64,000 nt of DNA, taken from Candidatus Uhrbacteria bacterium. GTDB taxonomy: Bacteria > Patescibacteriota > Patescibacteriia > UBA9934 > GWF2-40-263. A program made the position numbers and the translations under genes. Position 1 is the stretch's first letter. Each line of letters begins with the position of its first letter. The notes below the pieces were generated by a model. That model was given only the letters and a program-made list of their open reading frames with translations. It searched no databases and was not told the DNA's origin. The stretch covers positions 81,527 through 145,526 of the forward strand of contig JAPLZK010000001.1 of NCBI GenBank assembly GCA_026395055.1, in the 5' to 3' direction. Positions 56,683-64,000 of the stretch are shown here, in pieces.

Positions 56683-57600
56683 ATGAAGCTTCGTTCACTT
56701 ATCACATCACTCATCTTGTTCGCCATACCGTTCTGCATGCAAGCAGCGGCTGTTTCGCCTGCGACGATTGATTTGATGGGGGGACGCAATGAAACAGTAG
56801 CTTCTACATTTACCGTTATCAATACAAAAGCAACTAGCGAAACGTATTACTTGGACACACTTTCCTTTCAAGCCAAAAATGAAACAGGGGAGCCGCAGTT
56901 TTCTTCGCAAAAAACACAAGATGATCTTACAAAGTGGATAAAATTTCCATCAGACCACATTCAGGTTCCGGCAAGATCAAAGCTTGATGTCCCATTCACG
57001 ATTCATGTTCCAGCAGATGTTGCTGGTGGTAGCTATCAATCGGCAATCACCGTCTCAAGCGCGCCATCAGAGATTGTTGCAACAAATGGAGCTGTCATTG
57101 AAGCAAAAACAGCCATACTCATTTTCTTCACAGTCAAAGGTGATTCAACAAAAAAAGCAGCGCTTCTCGATTTTCTCCCGAGTGAGAGAGGAATTCTCTC
57201 AGATCTTCATCAGACATTTACGTATCGTATCCAGGACCAAGGAAATGTTTACGTGATTCCAGACGGAACGGTGACCATAAAAGATCTCTTCGGCAGAACC
57301 ATTCAAACAAGAAATGCAAACGAAGCAAAAAATCGCGTGCTCCCAATGTCCACAAGATCGTTTCAACTGACAGATCAAAAACCAAAAGGATTTCTAAATA
57401 CGCTGAATGATCAAGCAAGACTGTTCGCCATCGGTCCTATGCACGCAACGCTTGCATTGAATCTGGGAGAAGGGTTCCAGCCAATCAACGCAACAACTTC
57501 CTTCTGGTATGTACCGTATCAATTGATCCTTGTCGTGATTGCTCTCATTGTTCTCGTGCTCCTTGGGTATAGATTCCTCTCAAAACATAAAAAAACGTAG
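56683..57600 (+). CDS. secreted protein with C-terminal TM anchor
   Basis: Signal peptide MKLRSLITSLILFAIPFCMQAAA. The C-terminus has a TM helix plus RFLSKHKKT. The start overlaps the upstream stop. Confidence 0.5.
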   Translation: MKLRSLITSLILFAIPFCMQAAAVSPATIDLMGGRNETVASTFTVINTKATSETYYLDTLSFQAKNETGEPQFSSQKTQDDLTKWIKFPSDHIQVPARSKLDVPFTIHVPADVAGGSYQSAITVSSAPSEIVATNGAVIEAKTAILIFFTVKGDSTKKAALLDFLPSERGILSDLHQTFTYRIQDQGNVYVIPDGTVTIKDLFGRTIQTRNANEAKNRVLPMSTRSFQLTDQKPKGFLNTLNDQARLFAIGPMHATLALNLGEGFQPINATTSFWYVPYQLILVVIALIVLVLLGYRFLSKHKKT

Positions 57601-57616
57601 TGTGTGTCAAAAATCG

Positions 57617-60600
57617 TTGTCCATTATTTCGAAGATTGTCTCAATCGCGGTCATCATGACGGCGCTTGTGGCGGCTGTTCGAGTAAATGCAGCAACGGTG
57701 ACGAGTGCAAATGATTACGTGACGACACTTAAAGTGTCCGTTCCGGCGAATCATGAGGTGCTCTTTACAACTCCATCAGGTATTTCAGAAGGTCAAACCG
57801 TAACCCTTACGTTTGATCCAGGATTTACAACATCATCCATCGTGGAAAACGATGTTGATATTGCGGATGACGGTGTTGAACTCACTACAGCAACAAGTTG
57901 TGCGGGCTCAGAACAAGCATCTGTTTCTATTGGATCAAACATCATCACCATCACAATTTGTGCGGGTGATGGTGGTGCGATTGCATCGAGTAGTATCGTG
58001 CGTGTTCGTATTGGAACAAATGCAACAAACTCCGGAGTGGGTGTGAACAGAATCACGAACCCCTCAACCGCTGCGAACCATTTTGTGACAGTTGGCGGAA
58101 CATTTGGTGATGCTGGATCCATTATTTTGCCAATGCAATCTAATTTTGGAGGCATTGCTGTTACCGCATCTATCCCTGCACCATCAGGTGGTGGCGGTGG
58201 GTGTACGGATTGTCCCCCTCCTCCACAATCAGATACGACTGCGCCGGTCATTAGCCAGATTGTTGTCAGCGGAATCACAAAAACGGGCGCGACAATTAGT
58301 TGGACAACAGACGAAGATTCCTCGTCGCGCGTGAATTACGGTCTTACCGATTCATTTGAATTGGGTTTTGTGATGGATCCGTCTCTCACAAAGAGTCATG
58401 TCATCGCCCTTTCAAATTTGCAAGAAGGAAAAACGTATTATTTTCAAGTGAAGTCCGCAGATCAATCGAACAACATCGCGACATCATCAACACTTACGTT
58501 TGGGACGATTGATGAAACAGCTCCTGTTATTTCGAGTATTGCAATTACGAACATTACACAATCCTCTGCAACGGTTACGTGGAACACAAACGAGAACGCA
58601 ACGAGCATTCTTGATTATGGAACCACAACAGATTACGGATCAAATAAGTTGAGTGCGACTCTTGTTACGAGTCACTCATTCGATCTGTCATCGTTACAAA
58701 GTGGGGTGACGTACCACGTTCGCGTGAAATCGCAAGATGCCTCTTCGAATATCGCATCTTCTACAGACGTCACATTTGCAACACTTGCAAATCTTCCTCC
58801 AACGAATGTTTCGGGATTAATCATTACGCCTGGAGATCACTCTCTTTCGCTTGTATGGACAAATCCATCTGACGAAGATTTTGTTGGTGTTCGTGTGTTG
58901 CGATGTCTTTCTCAATACCCAAGTGGTCCGACAGATGGTTCCTGTACGGTTGTTTTAGATAACAGTACAGCGCAATCACTCGATCAAACGAATCTTACAA
59001 ATAATACCTATTATTATTTCGGCGTCTTCTCAAAAGACTCTGCTTTGCAATTCGCTTCTGGTGCGCTTATTTCAGATAAGCCAAGCGCTCCAGTAATAGA
59101 GGTGCCAAGTGTATGTGGAGATAAAATCTGTAGCGCAACAGAAACGATCTCTTCGTGCCCTGCCGACTGTTCTGTTCCTATTCAACCAGGAACTGTCTGC
59201 GGCGATAAAGTATGTACAGATCCCGAAACAGTCATTTCGTGTCCAGCGGATTGTGCGGTCCAAACGCCAACCGTAGGGGATACATGTGGCAATGGGGTTT
59301 GTAATGATTCAGAGTCAACGTTTACGTGTCCGTCTGATTGTAAGAAAACAGAGCCAATTATTCCCGGGTCAGGAGTAGGAACGCTCAAATTTTCAGACGT
59401 GTCATTTTCCGTAGGTAATGGATCGATACCGTTATTAGGCACGGCAGAATATGCAGAGGTCCTGCCACACACGTCGCTTTCTGTGCATGTGCCGGCAGCA
59501 AGTTTGGCAAGTGGTGTTGATCGCGTAACACTCGCGATTGGCGCTGATTCGTACATTTTGCGTCCTGTCACAAAGGTGAGTGCTTCATCTTCTCCCGCAT
59601 CCATTGTTGTTGCGGCAGCGACAGATAACGCACCCGTTCTTTATTACGAGGCGGATGTATTCACTCCGAATACGTTATCCCTCAATCCCGTTTCCATTTT
59701 TATCGATTATATAAATGGAAAAACAATTACGGTTTCTTCGTTTCTGCGTGTTGTCGCTCCGGGCGTCACAAAAGAAATCATCGATGGAGAAGAAAACGTG
59801 ATCGCGGGAGCAACCGTTACGCTGTATCAAGGTTCCGGATCGGGCGTTGTATGGGATGGGTCACCCTATAGCGCACAAAATCCGACAACTAGTACAGCAA
59901 CCGGATCGTTTGCCTGGTATGTTCCAAATGGGCTCTATCATGTCCATGCAGAGCATGACAATTATTCTTCCATCGACACACCTGTGCTGGATGTGAAAAA
60001 TAACATTGTGAGTCCAAGCATCTTGATGACACCTCTTCTTCTAAAAAAAGAGGCAATCCCCCTGCAAACGGCGACGGAAGCCGTGCTTTCAGCGGTCGTC
60101 AGTCAAGACACGGTGAAACAGATCACCGCATCGATTCAAAAATTCACGCAGTCAAAAACTATTCAGGCCGTCTCTAAAAGTATTGAAACCGTTCGGGCAA
60201 TCCCAGCTGTGCAAACAGCTGCAGATGTCTCGGTTCCAACACTTGTCGTGTCCGCTGGATCGAGCGTTCTTGTGATGTCAGTCGCATTCGATTTTCTTCC
60301 GTTTGTTCAATACCTTTTTACTGCGCCGATTCTCTTTTTTGGGCGCCGCAAACGAAAGTCCTTTGGTGTGATTTACAACGCAGTTAGTAAGGAGCCAATT
60401 GGTCTCGCTGTTGTGCGTCTTTATCAGGTAAAAGACGAGCAAGAGCTTCCAGGCAAATTGGTGAAAAGTCGCGTGACGGATAAAGGTGGACGATTTTATT
60501 TCTTGGTTCAACCAGGATTATATCGTCTGACGGTCACAAAGTTAGGGTTTCAGTTCCCTACTCAACAACTCATGACAAAAAAAGAGGACGCTCAGTACAT

Positions 60601-61153
60601 AGACTTGTATCACGGAGAATTGTTACGCGTGACAGAAGCCGATGCAGCTATTACCCCTAATATCCCAATCGATCCTTCGTCAGCAGCGCAATTTCAAGAA
60701 CCAAAGAGTATTCAATGGCGATCGCGACTTCGCGCGATTCAGCACATCATCGCCTTATCCGGCGTTATCGTCTCCCTTGTTTTTGCTATCATCCGACCGA
60801 ACGTGCTTGCGGCCGTGATGGTGATCATTCAAGTTGGAGTTTACGTATTAGTGCAACGACTCGCGAAACCTCGTAAGCCGAAATCTTGGGGAATTGTCTA
60901 CGACAAAAACACTGGCCGCCCCGTTTCAAATGTGGTTGCTCGTATTTTTGAGCCGAAATATAACAAACTTCTTGAGACACAAGTCACAGACAATAAAGGA
61001 CGATACTCCTTCCTTCTCGGACCGTCAGAATATTATGCCGTGTTCGAGAAGGAGGGTTACCGATCCACGCAGGTGAGTCCAATCGATTATACAAAAGACA
61101 AAGAGGCAAAAGATTTTTCCATGGACATCAGTTTGTTTACAAAAGCGGTTTAA
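57617..61153 (+). CDS. giant surface protein with FN3-like repeats, Cys-rich CGDxxC...CPADC repeats and two CarboxypepD_reg-like domains
   Basis: A likely TTG start at 57617 gives the signal peptide MSIISKIVSIAVIMTALVAAVRVNA. Three FN3-like modules (APVISQIVVSGITKTGATISWTT...). Three repeats of VCGDKICSATETISSCPADC. Two copies of the pattern GVIYN....GRFYF....GLYRLTV. Confidence 0.65.
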   Translation: MSIISKIVSIAVIMTALVAAVRVNAATVTSANDYVTTLKVSVPANHEVLFTTPSGISEGQTVTLTFDPGFTTSSIVENDVDIADDGVELTTATSCAGSEQASVSIGSNIITITICAGDGGAIASSSIVRVRIGTNATNSGVGVNRITNPSTAANHFVTVGGTFGDAGSIILPMQSNFGGIAVTASIPAPSGGGGGCTDCPPPPQSDTTAPVISQIVVSGITKTGATISWTTDEDSSSRVNYGLTDSFELGFVMDPSLTKSHVIALSNLQEGKTYYFQVKSADQSNNIATSSTLTFGTIDETAPVISSIAITNITQSSATVTWNTNENATSILDYGTTTDYGSNKLSATLVTSHSFDLSSLQSGVTYHVRVKSQDASSNIASSTDVTFATLANLPPTNVSGLIITPGDHSLSLVWTNPSDEDFVGVRVLRCLSQYPSGPTDGSCTVVLDNSTAQSLDQTNLTNNTYYYFGVFSKDSALQFASGALISDKPSAPVIEVPSVCGDKICSATETISSCPADCSVPIQPGTVCGDKVCTDPETVISCPADCAVQTPTVGDTCGNGVCNDSESTFTCPSDCKKTEPIIPGSGVGTLKFSDVSFSVGNGSIPLLGTAEYAEVLPHTSLSVHVPAASLASGVDRVTLAIGADSYILRPVTKVSASSSPASIVVAAATDNAPVLYYEADVFTPNTLSLNPVSIFIDYINGKTITVSSFLRVVAPGVTKEIIDGEENVIAGATVTLYQGSGSGVVWDGSPYSAQNPTTSTATGSFAWYVPNGLYHVHAEHDNYSSIDTPVLDVKNNIVSPSILMTPLLLKKEAIPLQTATEAVLSAVVSQDTVKQITASIQKFTQSKTIQAVSKSIETVRAIPAVQTAADVSVPTLVVSAGSSVLVMSVAFDFLPFVQYLFTAPILFFGRRKRKSFGVIYNAVSKEPIGLAVVRLYQVKDEQELPGKLVKSRVTDKGGRFYFLVQPGLYRLTVTKLGFQFPTQQLMTKKEDAQYIDLYHGELLRVTEADAAITPNIPIDPSSAAQFQEPKSIQWRSRLRAIQHIIALSGVIVSLVFAIIRPNVLAAVMVIIQVGVYVLVQRLAKPRKPKSWGIVYDKNTGRPVSNVVARIFEPKYNKLLETQVTDNKGRYSFLLGPSEYYAVFEKEGYRSTQVSPIDYTKDKEAKDFSMDISLFTKAV

Positions 61154-61165
61154 CACATACGGAGG

Positions 61166-64000
61166 TATGTCAACGCAATTGCGAAGACAATTTGCATCGT
61201 TCCTCATCATCGTCACATGCCTTGTGACGATGGTTCGTGTTGTAAATGCGGCAGCGGTCGCGCCTCCGAATATTGTGAGTTATCAAGGTCGCTTACTGAA
61301 CGCAAGTGGGGTTCCCGTGACAGACGGATCTCTTTCCATCAAGTTTAAATTGTATGACGCACCAACCGCAGGAACGTGTTTGTGGACAAACTCGAGTTCA
61401 ACCTGTGCAAGCTCAACGGCTCGCTCGGTTACATTGAGTTCTGGTTTGTTCAGTGAAAATTTAGGAGACACAGGAGCAAGTTATGCACCTATCCTCCCAA
61501 CCGTTTTTTCCGATAATGACGCGGTGTATCTTGGAATCACCATCGGTTCAGATTCAGAAATGACGCCACGCAAACGCATGACTGCCGCGCCTTACGCGAT
61601 GAATGCGCAAACATTAGACGGAATTGATTCCACAAGTTTTGTCAGAAATGACGCATCTATTCCTGGTGCGTCTCCACTTACGTTTGAAGGTGCAACAAAC
61701 AATGCATTTCAAACGACATTTAGTTTTACAGATCCAACTGTTGATAGAACCGTTACATTTCAAGACGCATCCGGAACTGTCGCGTATTTATCAGATATAG
61801 GTGGAGGTGTTACACCAGATTCTTTAGATTTTACAGATTTTTCGGACACAATGGCTCTTGATGCGTCAACATCTATTACACAAACAGGAGCACTTTCGCT
61901 TTCTTTCAATAACAACAGTTCGGCAAATACGATTTTTAACCTTCAATCAACAGGGGACTTCGTTGTCCAAGATAATGGAACACCTGCATTTCAGGTGAAT
62001 GATGGTGGACGATTACATTTGGATGCAACATCTGCACAGTCAACGGGAATTACGGGGGTCGGGAACTTTTTGACAGCAGACACCATGTCCGTGATTTCAA
62101 ATGCGAGTTTTCCGGCAGATAGTTCGTCTGGAAATGGAGGGACCTTAATTGGTCAGTTATTTGATTATCACGTTGCAAATTCGTCTGCAACGGTTGTTGG
62201 AGTATTTCCTACATTTGCTTCTACACAAAATGGAAAAAGTTTTACAGGATTTGAATTTGGTGGAGGGCTTTCCACATTTGCTCCAACAAATACAACGGGA
62301 ATAAATGATGTAAATGCATTTCAGATTGATGGTATTACTGATCCAGGAAGTACGATTACTTCAAAAGCTATTAATATTGGTGATGGATGGGATACGGACA
62401 TCGTTTTTGGATCGAATGCTGTGTTGCAAATGAATGGAACAACGCTTACATATAAAGGTGGAAGCGATACGCTGATGACGCTTACACATACTTCAGGCAC
62501 GGGGAATCTACAGATATCAGGTGATCTAACAATTGCCGGAGACGACTTATTCATGACCACAAATACAAGTGGGTTTATTTTGGTGGCTGATGGTACCAAT
62601 TATAACCCTGTTGGTGTGTCTGGTGATGTTTCACTCAGCAGTACAGGATTGACGACGATCGGTGCAAGCGCAATCAATTCTTCCAAAATTGCGGACAACA
62701 GTATTGTAAATGCGGATATCAATTCATCGGCAGGGATTTTGTATTCTAAATTGTCTTTGTCAAATAGTATTTTGCCGACCGATTTAACTTCAGGAGATTA
62801 TTCTGCAGAAATTACATCCGGAACATACTCGATCAATATTTCCGGAAACGCCGCGACGACAACAACGAACGCAAACTTAACGGGTGATGTTACTTCCGTT
62901 GGTAATGCGACGACGATTGGTGCAAGCACCGTCAACTCTTCCAAAATCGCTGATGCGACCATTGTAAGTGGAGACATTGCAGACGGTACTATTCTTAATG
63001 CGAATCTTTTTAACAATACGCTTGATTTTGATAAATTCGCAAACACAATGTTACTTGATGCTGCAACCACCATTCAGGCGCCGGCAGGAAAAAGTTTGTC
63101 AATTGCGGCAACAGCTGCACCGACAGCAGATCTTTTCACAGTCTCTAACTCTGGATTTGCAACAAGCAGCAACATTAATGGGTTTCATTTGAATTATGCG
63201 GGAGCAGATGCGAGTTCTACTGCCATGAAAATTGATTCAGCATTTTCTGCATCTTTTGGCGGACAGACGTACGCCGCACTTGATCTTGGTGCTTTTTCAC
63301 CAACATCTGGCGGCGGCGGTGGCACAACGGTCATTGGTGCAAACATCGAAGGTATTACAGACCCAGATCCAGGTGTTTCAACGATGGTGAACTCCATTGC
63401 ACTTGCTCTTGGAGATGGTTGGGATACCCAACTTTTGTTCGGTGCAGGAGCATCTAAGGTCATGTTTGCAAACACAGGAAGTCTTGAGTTTGAAGATGCA
63501 GCTTTTAACAACATGATGACGCTTACAGACTCAGGAACGACAGGGGATTTGAGTGTGACAGGGAATAGTTATATTGGTGCGGGAAAATCCTTTGACACGA
63601 ATGCAGCGGGGGCTTTGAGTATTGGAAACGTAAATGCTACTTCCCTCGCGATTGGAAATGCGTCCGCAACATCAGCAATTACTACATCTGACTGGGGAAT
63701 TTCAACGACAGGTGCTTTGACGGGAATTGATTCAATCTCCGGTAGTGATAACCAAGGAAGTATTATTCACGATATTCAAGTTACAAGAGTAAATGCTTCA
63801 ACGCATTCACATGTATTTGAAATTGATGGAAGTGCCTTGATGCTTATTTCTGCAACAGGTGATGGTGGAGGTGGAATCAACAGTCGAACGATCGAGATGG
63901 GAACTTCATCTTCTGATACGATTCATATCGCCTCCGCAAGTGCTGCAGCGGCTGATACAATTGCGATTGGTAACTCGAACGCTTCATCCACACTTACTCT
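61166..64000 (+). CDS. giant repetitive surface protein, 3'-partial; runs off the window end
   Basis: GGAGG lies before the ATG at 61166. Signal peptide MSTQLRRQFASFLIIVTCLVTMVRVVNAAA. More than 940 aa of Gly/Ser/Thr-rich beta-type repeats (TIGASAINSSKIADNSIVNADI...). The frame is still open at 64000. Confidence 0.6.

Noticed and set aside
1-64000. CRISPR arrays, rRNA genes, IS elements and prophage
   Set aside because: There are no regularly spaced direct repeats, no rRNA-like conserved blocks, and no transposase or terminase-like ORFs. The only tyrosine recombinase looks like chromosomal XerC/D.

Overview
The window looks like a stretch of a compact, low-GC (~45%) bacterial chromosome, tentatively Patescibacteria/CPR-like. 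That guess rests only on gene content (an H+-pyrophosphatase, very large surface proteins, several TrmB-type regulators, weak Shine-Dalgarno usage); it is not established, nor is any donor genome or island. It uses the standard genetic code, since TGA serves as a stop, including in ATGA start/stop overlaps. Dense housekeeping genes dominate: tig, hppA, a dksA/traR-like gene with lspA, a YifB/ComM-type ATPase, an rpsO-NYN-pnp operon, a dsbA-like gene, xerC/D-like, coaE-coaD, polA, a P1B-type ATPase, holA, rpsT and rmuC. Three tRNAs were found by hand-folding: Arg-TCT, His-GTG with an encoded G-1, and Arg-CCT. Five stretches stand out from that background. (1) A translationally coupled pair on the minus strand: a GHKL-fold ATPase of about 665 aa with a 503-aa ORFan partner. 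(2) An 8.9-kb block of five ORFans lying between tig and hppA. (3) A minus-strand array of small diverged paralogs, each preceded by a conserved ~72-nt intercistronic element built around a perfect 8-bp hairpin, followed by a MazG-like gene. That MazG-like gene plus its terminator hairpin is duplicated 3 kb away, next to a thermonuclease. (4) Three consecutive zinc-ribbon proteins. (5) Two consensus DnaA boxes inside an unusually long ~590-bp non-coding gap. I found no CRISPR array, no rRNA, and no clear IS element or prophage. Everything here comes from reading the six-frame translations and nucleotide patterns by eye; no database searches were run.
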